From the NCBI GenBank assembly GCA_963727445.1, contig CAVSGI010000004.1, forward strand, positions 220,873-284,872: a stretch of 64,000 nucleotides of DNA, written 5' to 3'. The notes under the pieces are model-generated. The model did not search any database. It had not been told where the DNA came from and worked only from the letters and a program-made list of their open reading frames with translations. Positions 21,042-30,505 of the stretch are shown one piece after another. Positions within the stretch are counted from its first letter, which is position 1, and each line of letters begins with the position of its first letter. Origin of the DNA: an uncultured delta proteobacterium. GTDB taxonomy: Bacteria; Myxococcota_A; Polyangia; Polyangiales; B10-G4. Position numbers and translations under genes: made by a program.

Positions 21042-22433
21042 ATGAGCACCAAGAAAGAAAGAGAGAGAAAGCGTCGCGTCGGGCGCCGTGCGCTCATGAA
21101 GTGGAGCCTGGCTGCGGGTGCGGCCTTCGGTCTGCCCCAGTGGAAGGTCTTCGAGGTCCTGGAGATGACCGGCGGCAAGGCCCTCGCCGACGACGCCTCC
21201 TGCGCGACCACAAACCGCTCGGTGCACATCGTCGCCGGCCGCGGCGGCTTCGCCTGGTTCACGCTTCTGTGGCCGCACAACGACATCGCCGCCGCCCGCA
21301 ACTCGAGCTTCGCCTGGCACGCCATCGGCGAAGAGATGATGGCGGAGGACACCCACAAGCCCCTCACCCTCGGGCCCCACACGCCGTGGCAGTCCCTGCC
21401 CGGCGGCCGTCAGGTCACCTGCCTCATGGGCGGCACCAACGAGACGCATACCAACACCCCCGCGACGACCGAGCGCGTCTCCATGAACAACGGGCTCTTC
21501 GCCACCTGCGCGGCCATCCAGACCGCCAGCCCCACCGTGGTGCCGGTCATCGCCGTGGACGACGCGCCCTACCGCGGCGCCGAGGGCTCGCCCCGCGTGG
21601 CGCGCGTCGGGAGCGCGAACGACATCGTCTCCCTCTTCAACGCCGCGGCCTCGCGCGCGGGCGGCCTGCTCAGCAATCCTCAGAACGCCGAGCTCTACTC
21701 GAACGCCTACAGCGCGTTCCTCAGCCTTCGCGCCGCCGCCGGTCGCGAGACCATGCGCGCCGGACACGCGGCGGCCACGCGCTCGGCGCAGCTCCTCGGC
21801 CAGAACCTCGCCGACCGGCTCCGCCCGACCGACGAGGACTTCGCCCGCTACGGCATCGACGCCGGGAGCCGCACCGAGAACCGCAACCTGGCGCGCGGTC
21901 TCATCGTCACCGCCAAGGCCTTCTCCCTCGGTCTCACCTCCTCGGTGATCCTCCCGGCGTTCCGCGACGACCCCCACGGCGCCTTCGCCGACATGGGGAA
22001 CCTCACCAACACCGTGAGCACGTTGCAGCGCACCCTCGACGCCTTCATGGGCGACCTCGACGCGGTCGACGACCCGACCTGCTCGGGCACCTCCATCGGT
22101 GACAACACCGTGATCTCCATCCACGGCGACACCCCGAAGAACCCGCTCCAGCGCGCCAACTGGCCCGACGGAACCCCGGGCAACGCCAACTGGACCTACG
22201 TCCTCGGCGCTGGCTATCTGAAGACCGGCTGGTTCGGCGGCATCAATCGCGGCGGCAACGTCACGACCTACAATCCCACCACCGGCGAAGACAGCGGCTC
22301 GAACACCGGCAACACCGCCGAGTCCTCGGCCGCCGCTGTCACCTACTGCGTGGCCCGAGGCGACATGCGCCGGGTGAACGACTTCTACAGCGGTGCGGAC
22401 ATCAACGGGCTGGTCTCGGACGCGACGGTCTGA
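21042..22433 (+). CDS. Tat-exported DUF1501/DUF1552-like protein
   Basis: Twin-arginine VGRRALMKW; DPHGAF; IGDNTVISIHGDTPKNP; WPDG; located after PSD/cytochrome genes as in DUF1501 clusters. Confidence 0.6.
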   Translation: MSTKKERERKRRVGRRALMKWSLAAGAAFGLPQWKVFEVLEMTGGKALADDASCATTNRSVHIVAGRGGFAWFTLLWPHNDIAAARNSSFAWHAIGEEMMAEDTHKPLTLGPHTPWQSLPGGRQVTCLMGGTNETHTNTPATTERVSMNNGLFATCAAIQTASPTVVPVIAVDDAPYRGAEGSPRVARVGSANDIVSLFNAAASRAGGLLSNPQNAELYSNAYSAFLSLRAAAGRETMRAGHAAATRSAQLLGQNLADRLRPTDEDFARYGIDAGSRTENRNLARGLIVTAKAFSLGLTSSVILPAFRDDPHGAFADMGNLTNTVSTLQRTLDAFMGDLDAVDDPTCSGTSIGDNTVISIHGDTPKNPLQRANWPDGTPGNANWTYVLGAGYLKTGWFGGINRGGNVTTYNPTTGEDSGSNTGNTAESSAAAVTYCVARGDMRRVNDFYSGADINGLVSDATV

Positions 22434-22456
22434 GTTTCGCGGTGTAACCTGCGCGG

Positions 22457-23732
22457 ATGCGCGCTCGGGTGCTCGCGACGGCGCTCGCTCTGATGGCTCT
22501 CGCCGCTTGTGACGAGCCGGACCGGGGAGCGCCTGCCGCCCCGGTCGCCTCCGCGCACGAGGCGGCACCTCTGCGTCCGCCGCCTCCGGTCGTGCTCTGG
22601 GTCGGGGGCGACGTGCTTCCTTCGGGCCCCTTTCGCCGTGTTCTCGAGGCAGAGGGTCATCCGGCGGAGGCGCTCGCGGAGGTGATCGCGCCGACGATGA
22701 AGGTGATCGGGGACGACTTCGTGCTGGTGAACATGGAGGCGCCTGTCGCCGAGGAGGTGCGCGTAGACAACGACGCGTTCCTCGCGACCAAGCAGGGGCC
22801 CCGGCGCGTGCGCACCCCCTTGAACGCGCCTGCCTATTTCCTCGAGGGCCTCGCCCGCGCCGGAGTCGACGCGGTGATGCTCGCCAACAATCACACCCTC
22901 GACCAGACACGCGAAGGTCTCGGCGAGACCATCGAATCAGGCGGAGCGACGCGGGCTGATCGTGACCGGCGCCGGACGCGCCCCCGATCTCGTGTGGCCC
23001 ATCGTGTTGGGAGACGACGCGAGCTCGATGGCGGTGCTCGCCTATTTCGAGCGCGATCTTCCGGAGCCGAACCTCGAGGCGGGGGAGCCGGGCGTGAGCG
23101 TCCTCGGCCCGCAGGCGGTAGAGGACGTGCGGAGGGAGCGCGCCGCCCACCAAGCGGTGGTGGTGGTCGTGCACGTGGTCTACGAGCTCCGCACGCGCAT
23201 CAAGCCCGAGTGGCGGCGTTGGGCGCGAGCGCTGGTGGACGCCGGAGCCGACGCGATCATCGTCCACGGACAGCACGTGCCCACCGCGGTCGAGCACATC
23301 GACGCGGCCGATGGGCGGCGCGCGGTGGTGGCCTGGGGCATCGGCAACTTCGTCTCGGACATGGGCAGCCGCGCCCGTCCCGGGCGCGACCTTCCCGAGG
23401 ACGCACAGAAGTGGGATCTGCCCCATACCCGCGAGGGCCTGGTCGCGCGCGTCGAGCTCATGGACGGCGCGGTGCGCACGAGCCTATTGCCGATCTTCGT
23501 GACCTCCACCGCGTATCTCGTCTACAACCGCGTGCTCGACGCTCCGCCTCGATATTCGCTCGTCCCCCTGTCGGGGTGCGGGCCGGCCACGGCGCTCCCC
23601 GAGCAGTGGCCCGAGCCGTTTCGCAGCGACATTCGCGAGTGGCACGACGAGCGGCGCGATCATCTGCTGAGGGCCACGCGCCTCGCGGAGGCTCCCTGCG
23701 AGCCCGGAGAGCCGCGGCCGCTGCGTCCCTGA
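22457..23732 (+). CDS. CapA/PGA_cap family metallophosphatase lipoprotein; apparent frameshift near 22940
   Basis: GGDV, VNMEAP, LANNHTLD in the first frame; VVH..YE, DAGADAII.HGQHV, WGIGNFV in the second frame. Confidence 0.8.
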
Positions 23733-23757
23733 CCCGCGTGTGGCAACATAGGGGCAC

Positions 23758-24612
23758 ATGTGCAGGCTCTTCGGCTTTCGTAGCGTGATTCAGAGCCAGG
23801 TGCACCGTTCGCTGGTGAAGGCGGACAATGCACTCGGTCAGCTGAGCACCGATCATCCCGACGGTTGGGGAGTCGCCTATTATGTCGACGGCGCGCCCCA
23901 CGTGACGCGCAGCCCCACCGCCGCGATCGACGACCACATCTTCCATCGCGTGAGCGGCATCGTCGCCTCGGAGACGGTGATCGCGCACGTGCGCAAGGCC
24001 ACCGTTGGTGGGCTCAACGTCCTGAACTGCCATCCCTTCCAATACGGGCGCTGGGTCTTCGCCCACAACGGAGAGATCAAGAAGTTCGACCAGAGCCGCA
24101 AGAAGCTCCGCGAAGAAGTGGCTCCCAAGCTTCGGCGCTTCATCCTCGGCGACACCGACTCCGAGGTGATCTTCTTCCTCTTCTTGAGCGAGCTCTCGAA
24201 GTACGGACCGCTCTCGAACAAGTTCTCCATCGACGAGGTGGTCGAGGCGCTTCGAGAGACGGTCGCCAAGGTGAGGCAGGTCTGCGACGGCGAGGCGAAG
24301 GAAGACAAGGCGCTCCTCACCCTGATGGTCACCGACGGGGCGACCATGGCCGCGACCCAGGGCGGCAAGGAGCTCTTCTGGTCGACCTACAAGACGCGGT
24401 GCGGCGACCGCGACAGCTGCCCCAGCCTCTCCCCCGAGTGCGAGGCGCCCACCGAGAGCGGCTTCGTGAACCACCTGATCTTCTCCAGCGAGCCGATCGA
24501 GGGCGAGAACATCTGGAACGAGATGGAGCACGGCGAGGTCGTCGGCGTCGACTGGCGGATGCGCCTCGCACGCTTCCATCTCGAAAAGAAGAAGCTCGAA
24601 GTCGTGGCGTGA
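23758..24612 (+). CDS. Class II glutamine amidotransferase (YafJ/EgtC-like Ntn hydrolase)
   Basis: MCRLFG N-terminal nucleophile; HPDGWG; AHVRKAT; NCHPF; FAHNG; GDTDSE. Confidence 0.9.
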   Translation: MCRLFGFRSVIQSQVHRSLVKADNALGQLSTDHPDGWGVAYYVDGAPHVTRSPTAAIDDHIFHRVSGIVASETVIAHVRKATVGGLNVLNCHPFQYGRWVFAHNGEIKKFDQSRKKLREEVAPKLRRFILGDTDSEVIFFLFLSELSKYGPLSNKFSIDEVVEALRETVAKVRQVCDGEAKEDKALLTLMVTDGATMAATQGGKELFWSTYKTRCGDRDSCPSLSPECEAPTESGFVNHLIFSSEPIEGENIWNEMEHGEVVGVDWRMRLARFHLEKKKLEVVA

Positions 24613-24628
24613 CGCCGCCGGCGCGGCC

Positions 24629-25528
24629 TCAGCGGAGGAGGTAGACGACGGGGACGCGGATCTCGTCGGTGCTCGCGAGCGCGGCGAGCGCAGGCGGCGC
24701 GGGGACCCTTCGAAGCGCTCGCGCAGCGTCCAGGGCCGAGTCGTCGAGGAGCGAGGCGCCCGAGCTGCGCGCGACGCGTACGCCGAGCACGTGGCCGCCA
24801 TCGCCGATCCTGAGCGCCAGGACCACACGACCCTGAAGAGCGTCGCGCATGGCGGCGCGGGGATAACGGACGTGTGACCGGAGGAGGCCTTCGAGGGAGT
24901 GCACGTAGCTGCGAAGCGCGCGCCGGCGGTCGTGGACGCTCGGCCCGCGAGGCGCGGGAGGCGAGCGTCGGGCCGTGCTGCCGGTGCCCGTTCCGCTGCC
25001 GCCGCGGCCTGCCGTCGTGGCGACCGCCATCCCGCCGGAGCCTTCGGCGAGCGGCGTCACGTCGGGCGTCGTGCTCGCGGGCGCCGGGGCTGCGGGCTCG
25101 ATCGCCGGCTCCGGTTCGGGCGGTGTTTCGGCAACGGGCTCGGGCTCCGGCTCGACGATCGGTTCGGGCTCGACGATTGGTTCGGGCTCGACGACCGGCT
25201 CGGGCTCGGCGCGCTCCGGTTCCGCGATGCGTGGCGCCGGGATCGCGGCTGGCTCGGGCTCGATGACGGGCTCGGGCTCGCTTTCGACCGGGACCTCGGC
25301 GACGTCGAGGGGCGCCTCGAAGGGCACGAGCTCGACGACCATGCTCGATGGCAGATCGAGGGCGAGGCCATCCGTCGGCAGATGCGCGAGGCCGACGCCA
25401 AGGGCGCCATGCGCCGCGAAGGACACCGCGAGCATGTAGGAGAGCGACATGCGCGAGCGCGGGGCGCACGCGGGCGCAGCCCCTTCGGGGGGAGACCAGC
25501 GCGCTCGCTCCAACGTGGCCCGTTCCAT
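24629..25528 (-). CDS. tonB: TonB family energy transducer
   Basis: TM with SxxxH; EP-rich linker; YPRAAMRDALQGRV...SSG..LLD.SAL. Confidence 0.85.
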   Translation of the reverse strand: MERATLERARWSPPEGAAPACAPRSRMSLSYMLAVSFAAHGALGVGLAHLPTDGLALDLPSSMVVELVPFEAPLDVAEVPVESEPEPVIEPEPAAIPAPRIAEPERAEPEPVVEPEPIVEPEPIVEPEPEPVAETPPEPEPAIEPAAPAPASTTPDVTPLAEGSGGMAVATTAGRGGSGTGTGSTARRSPPAPRGPSVHDRRRALRSYVHSLEGLLRSHVRYPRAAMRDALQGRVVLALRIGDGGHVLGVRVARSSGASLLDDSALDAARALRRVPAPPALAALASTDEIRVPVVYLLR

Positions 25529-25539
25529 CTTCACGAGGT

Positions 25540-25558
25540 GATACTGAAAATGAGTATC
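25540..25558. promoter_or_regulatory. Fur box
   Basis: GATACTGAAAATGAGTATC matches 15/19 of GATAATGATAATCATTATC, has palindromic arms and lies in an AT-rich spot just upstream of tonB. Confidence 0.75.
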
Positions 25559-25601
25559 AAGAGCAGAATACAACGCGGCGGGGGAAGATTCGAGCCGAAA
25601 T

Positions 25602-26942
25602 TTATGAATCATCCCGGGAATTCACGCGGACCCACGGATAGCCGAAAAGCGTGTCCTTTTCGGCCGCGAGGTCGGTGGAAGGGTCGATCAGGCGGCGGCT
25701 CCGGTGGCCGTTCGTCGAGACGAAGACGTCGGCGTAGACTTGGACGCGCTCGCCCCGCGCCGCGTGCTCGTCGCGGAGGTGATGGGCGTACTGGAGGATC
25801 AGATCGGGCTGGGTCGCCATCTGATGCACCTGAGGCGCGGTGAGCTCGCGCGCGGGTGAGATCTCCTCGACGCGGCCGTCTTCGTGGACGACGCGAAAGC
25901 TCGCGAGGCCGCTTCGCTCGACGATCATGACGTACCAGGACCAGCGAAAGCCCTGCTCGGTCTCGAGCACGTTGCCCGGATAGAGGTGGTGGCGGAGCGG
26001 GAGCGCGATCTGGATGGCGAGCCAGAGCGCGAGCGCATACGTCGCCGGGCGGGCGAGCGCGTGTGGCGTCGTCGACGGTGCGGGCGCTTCGAGTCGGCCG
26101 CGCGAGAGCGCGATGGGCCAGTCCGGATCGAAGAAGATCGGCGTCAGCGCGATCATGATCCACGGGAACATGCCGATGGGGAACAGGATGCGCGTGACGA
26201 CGTGGAAGACGATGACGACGACGTACGCCGCGGTGCGGGTGCGCCGGAGAGAGAGCCAGAGCGGGATCGTGAGATCGAAGGCCGCGCCCCCCCAGCTCAT
26301 CGCGTACGCGACCCACCCTTGCGCGACGAGTGGTCCGAGGATCGGCACGTCGCTGCGCGCCGCGAGCCAGATCCCGAGCGGCTCCGCGTGGAAGAGCCAG
26401 TCGGGCTCGAGCTTCGCCACGCCCGCGAAGAAGTAGATGATGCCGAGCTGGGCGCGCAGCGCGAAGACCGCCGCGAAAGGCACCGTGGGGTCGAGGGGTC
26501 GGCCGCGCCGGCGCGCGCGCGAGGCGTCGAGGGAGAGCACGTTCGCGGCGGGCATGACGGCGAGCAGGGCCGCGATGAGGGTGATGGCGTAGTAGTGGTT
26601 GAGGTAGGTCGTGACGTCGATCAGCTCGACCCAGGCGAAGAGGACGAGGAACGACACGATGGCGACGCGGTAGAAGAGCCCGAGGGCCACCAGGAGCGCG
26701 GCCGCGCCCAGGAGCGCGAAGTGCAGGTACATGAGCGGCGCGGGCCATGCGCGGACGAAGCCGAAGCCGTAGTACGTGAAGTGAAAGCGCGGCTCCACGT
26801 AGAGCGAGTCGATCCAACCGTTGGCCGCGAAGCGGATCGTCGCCCAGAGCATGACGGCCCCGAAGAGGATCCGGAGCGCCGCGAGGGAATGCCCGGGGAC
26901 GCGTCGACCCAGGAGCTCCCTCAACCTGTCGATGGGCGCCAC
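25602..26942 (-). CDS. HTTM domain protein, vitamin K-dependent gamma-carboxylase-like
   Basis: LAALRILFG, FHFTYYGF, YLNHYY, YFFAGVAKLEPDWL, FPIGMFPW, GFRWSWYVM, QPDLILQYAHHL, SxNG...LIDP. Confidence 0.9.
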   Translation of the reverse strand: MAPIDRLRELLGRRVPGHSLAALRILFGAVMLWATIRFAANGWIDSLYVEPRFHFTYYGFGFVRAWPAPLMYLHFALLGAAALLVALGLFYRVAIVSFLVLFAWVELIDVTTYLNHYYAITLIAALLAVMPAANVLSLDASRARRRGRPLDPTVPFAAVFALRAQLGIIYFFAGVAKLEPDWLFHAEPLGIWLAARSDVPILGPLVAQGWVAYAMSWGGAAFDLTIPLWLSLRRTRTAAYVVVIVFHVVTRILFPIGMFPWIMIALTPIFFDPDWPIALSRGRLEAPAPSTTPHALARPATYALALWLAIQIALPLRHHLYPGNVLETEQGFRWSWYVMIVERSGLASFRVVHEDGRVEEISPARELTAPQVHQMATQPDLILQYAHHLRDEHAARGERVQVYADVFVSTNGHRSRRLIDPSTDLAAEKDTLFGYPWVRVNSRDDS

Positions 26943-26956
26943 GTCGGAGGCCCGCT

Positions 26957-29387
26957 TCAGTACGACAGGCGCAGCCCGACGAATGCCTGGCGCGTCATCC
27001 CGGGTTGGATGCCGGCGGGAGCGCGGCTCGCGATGTAGCGTGCATCGAAGAGGTTTCGGACCTCGCCGAAGACGGTCACGTGCCACGGCGCGTAGGCGTA
27101 GGCGACGCGCATGTTCACGACGGTGCGCGCGCCGATGAGCCCCGCGGTGCCGTCCAGCGTGGGCTCGAGCGAGTTGTAGGGGTCCGCGTACTGCGTGCTC
27201 GTGTGGTTCACCGACACCTGCGCCTCGATTCCCAGCGGGTGTGCGAAGTCGAGGCGGGCCGACAGCGTGTGCTCGGGCACGTAGGGCACCGTGTTTCCGC
27301 TGATGCCCTCGATCCATCCGGAGCCGAAGTGGGCGCGGGCGAAGGTGTAGGCGACCGTGAGAGGGAGCTCGAAACCGAGCGATGCCGCGGTCGCGAGGTC
27401 GCAGCGCGTGCTCGCCTCGAACCCGTAGGTCGCGGAGCGACCCGCGAGCTGCGCTCCGCCCTCGGCGGTGGTCGTCGCCGCGCTGGGCGGAAGGACCTGC
27501 GTCTCGTAGTCCACGAAGAAGGCGGTCCCTTCGTAGTTCAGCCAGCGCGCCGGCTGGCCCCTGAGGCCCCACTCGAAGTTCCACGCCCACTCGGCCTGCA
27601 GGGCGACGTCGCGCCCATAGCCGAGGATCGCGTCGCGCACGCCCGGTGGAACGAAACCGCGGTGCACGCCGCCGTAGGCTGCCAGCCCTTCGTCGACCCT
27701 CAAGGTCGCGCTGACGCCGGGGATCACGGCGACCGTCGGTCGGCTGGGCGCTCTGGGGAGGGTCGAAGGTCGTCACCGCCGGAAGCTCGTAGGTGCCATC
27801 GATGACGCCGCCGGGATCGGAGACGGCGCGGCTCACCTGGATCGAGGAGAACATGCTCTCGATGCGCACGCCGGGTGCGATCTCGAAGTGCCGGTCGAAG
27901 AACTCGAAGGTCGGGCGCAGATAGGCGGCGAGGGCGAGGACGCTGCGGGTCTGTTGTCCCTGGATGTCGCCGGTGCGTGCGTTGGGTGAGACGCCAGCGA
28001 CGTCCAGGTCGTCCCCCTGTTCGTAGTGAAGGCGCACGCCACCGATGATCTCGCCAGCGACCGCGCCCAGGTCGTAGCTCGCGGTCACCCGCGGTTCGAC
28101 GCCGGCGACCGTGTAGCGGCGGAGACGCCCGACGTTCGAACGCAGGAAGTAGACGGAGGAGCCGTCATTCGAGCCCGTGCCCGTCGCGGGGAGGACGTTT
28201 CCGAAAGGGTCGATGATGCGGTCGACGTCGGCGCCGGTCGCGCTGGTGCGGAGAAAGTCCTGGCGCCACCAATCGCGTGTCGTGAGGTTGAAGTAGCCGG
28301 TGGTCGCGAGGGTGACGTCGCGCGTCAGCTCGACCTGATGGGAGAGCTGGGCGGCGTAGCGGCGGATGGGGAAGCGGTCGTTCTGAGCGAAGTTTTGGAG
28401 GGCGCCGTTGTCGAACTGGAGCGTGGTGAGCCCGAGGTTCGTCGAGGTGCTGTCCTCGTCGTAGAACTGGAGCTTCACGCGGAGCTCGCCGGCGTCGTGG
28501 AGGTCGAGCGCGAGCCGACCCATGACGTCGGTCTGTCCCAGCCCCAGATGACGCGGGCCCTGGAAGCGCTGGTGCATCGCGGTGATCAGGTAGCCGACGT
28601 CGCCCACGGTGTCACCGGCCGAGGCGAAGCCGAAGTAGTAGCCGTCGGTGCCGAAGCGCGCCTCGCCGCGGAGGCTGAGCTCTGCGGGCGGGGCGAGGGT
28701 GACGAAGTTCACGACGCCGCCGATGGTGCGCGGCCCGTAGAGGATCGACGCCGCGCCACGCACGACCTCCACGCTCCGCATACGCTCGATGCGCGGCGCC
28801 ACGTAGAGCTCCGGGTAGTCGTAGGGCATCATCTGGATCGGGACGCCGTCCTCGAGGACGAGCACGTTGCGACTGCGATCGGACGAGAGGCCGCGGAAGC
28901 CGATGTTGGGGCGCAGCCCCATCCCCTCCTCGTCCCGCACCTGAACGCCGGGCACGCGGCGCAGGACATCCGACACGCTGACGGGCTGCTGGCGCTCGAG
29001 CTCGGTCTCGGAGACCGAGAACGCGGGCACCGGCGCTTCGTCCGGATCGATGAGCCTGCCGCCGACGACCACGATGTCGCTCGTCTCGTAGTCGGCCTCG
29101 TCGAATTCGAAGTCGTCCTCGGCGTAGTCGTCCTCGGCGTAGTCGTCCTCGTAGAGGTCGTCTTCGTCCGTCTCCGAGTCCGTCTCCGAGTCCGAGTCCG
29201 TCTCCGAGTCCGAGTCCGTCTCCGAGTCGGTCTCCGTCTCCGAGTTCGTCTCGGAGTTCGTCTCCGAGTCGGTCTCCGTCTCCGAGCTCGCGCCCGCGCC
29301 CCCCTCCTGCGCCGAGGCGGGGGACGTACAGGCGAGCGATGCGATGACGAAGAGGACGGGCGCCGCGAGGCGTGGGCGGCGCGTCAC
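26957..29387 (-). CDS. TonB-dependent receptor (FecA-like) with acidic N-terminal tract; apparent frameshift near 27740
   Basis: Plug LRRVPGV..EEGMGLRPNIGFRG, VLEDGVP, EVVRGAASILYGP; the C-terminal barrel continues in another frame (NLFDARYI...PG..RQAFVGLRLSY). Confidence 0.85.
29085..29287 (-). repeat. Coding low-complexity tandem repeat (SETD/SETN, then EDDYA)
   Basis: Repeated GAGTCCGTCTCC-type units and GTAGTCGTCCTCGGC units on the + strand. Confidence 0.85.
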
Positions 29388-29401
29388 TTCCGAAGACAAG
29401 G

Positions 29402-30505
29402 TCAGTCTCCGTCGCTCGGGTTGAAGCCGAGGCTCACCGCCAGCGTGGCGCCGACCTCGGTCGCCAGCGTGACCTCGAGATCCCCGAGGGCGTCGTAGGC
29501 TGCGTCGCCTGCCGCGTGATCGGCACCCGCCGCGTACTCGGCGAAGGGCTCGGGGAGCGCAGCGACCGCCGCATCGGCCGCGTCGAGCTCTCCGCGGACC
29601 CGCTCGGCCAGCGCCGGGTCGCGGGTCGCGAGGTAGTCGTCGAAATCGTGCGTCGTCCCCATCCAGACGTCGCGGACGCCGGCGAGGTTCGCCGCCATCG
29701 CCTCCACCGAGGCGTTGGCGTACGGCGACTCCACGTCGTCCGGCAGGGGCGCCGCCATGTAGCCGATCGGCTCGCCGATCTTGTCGACCTTCACGTGGTC
29801 GACCAGGGCGGGTAGGGCGGTCAGGAGCTCGGAGATCGCCGAGAGCTCGGCCGGGTACACGACGTTGCCGGATTGTCCAGCCGTCGCGAGGGTGGACGCG
29901 AAGTCGCCCCCGTCGGGGCTCCACGCGTCGGCGAGGCGGGTGCTCGTGCGCGCGACGTGGTCGGTCAGCGCCGCGAGGTAGGCGCACCGCCGCATGTCCG
30001 CCAGGGCCGTCATGGTCGTGGATTCGTCGTCAGCGAAGAGCAGGTACTCGAGCGCGAACAGGCCCTTGCTCCCTCCACCGAGCGCATCGACGTAGGCGGC
30101 GTCGATCGCGTCCGTGCCCGCGATGTTCGCTTCGATGGCGGTGGGATCGGTCGGGGCGAAGGACATCTCTGGCCCGAGGTTCATTTCGTCCGCCGGCCCG
30201 AAGCCGTAGGCGAGGGTGCGCTGCCATGACAGGAACGCGTCGCGCCACGCGCCGCGCAAGGTGGCGAGAGAGGCCGCGTCCGGCGCTCCGCAGAACGCGG
30301 TCGCAGCGTCGTCGAGGGCGGACGCTTGCATCTGCACCGACGCGTAGCCCGGCACGATCACCTCCGTGCTCACCTCGGAGAGCAGCGCCGCGCGGTCGTA
30401 GGGCGGCACGCTCGGCTCGCTACACCCGGCGGCCGAAAGGGAGATGACGAGGGTGAGCATCGGAAAGGAAGAAGAATGGGGCATCGTGATGTCGGGCTTT
30501 CTCAT
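29402..30505 (-). CDS. Imelysin family lipoprotein
   Basis: Lipobox AAGC; VIVPGY; AWRDAFLSW; KGLFALEYLLF; ESPYA; C-terminal GFNPSDGD. Confidence 0.85.
   Translation of the reverse strand: MRKPDITMPHSSSFPMLTLVISLSAAGCSEPSVPPYDRAALLSEVSTEVIVPGYASVQMQASALDDAATAFCGAPDAASLATLRGAWRDAFLSWQRTLAYGFGPADEMNLGPEMSFAPTDPTAIEANIAGTDAIDAAYVDALGGGSKGLFALEYLLFADDESTTMTALADMRRCAYLAALTDHVARTSTRLADAWSPDGGDFASTLATAGQSGNVVYPAELSAISELLTALPALVDHVKVDKIGEPIGYMAAPLPDDVESPYANASVEAMAANLAGVRDVWMGTTHDFDDYLATRDPALAERVRGELDAADAAVAALPEPFAEYAAGADHAAGDAAYDALGDLEVTLATEVGATLAVSLGFNPSDGD

Noticed and set aside
23741..23756. GG-N10-GC motif before the amidotransferase
   Set aside because: Poor match to TGGCACG/TTGC, and it abuts the ATG, leaving no room for a transcript leader.
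29085..29287. Tandem repeats considered as a CRISPR-like array
   Set aside because: The units are 6-15 nt, in frame, with no unique spacers and no cas genes; this is a coding low-complexity tract.
25602..29987. 1461-aa ORF suggesting a TBDR-HTTM fusion
   Set aside because: The receptor C-terminus is in another frame (26957..27727) with its own stop. The apparent fusion results from a frameshift near 27740 plus read-through of out-of-frame sequence.
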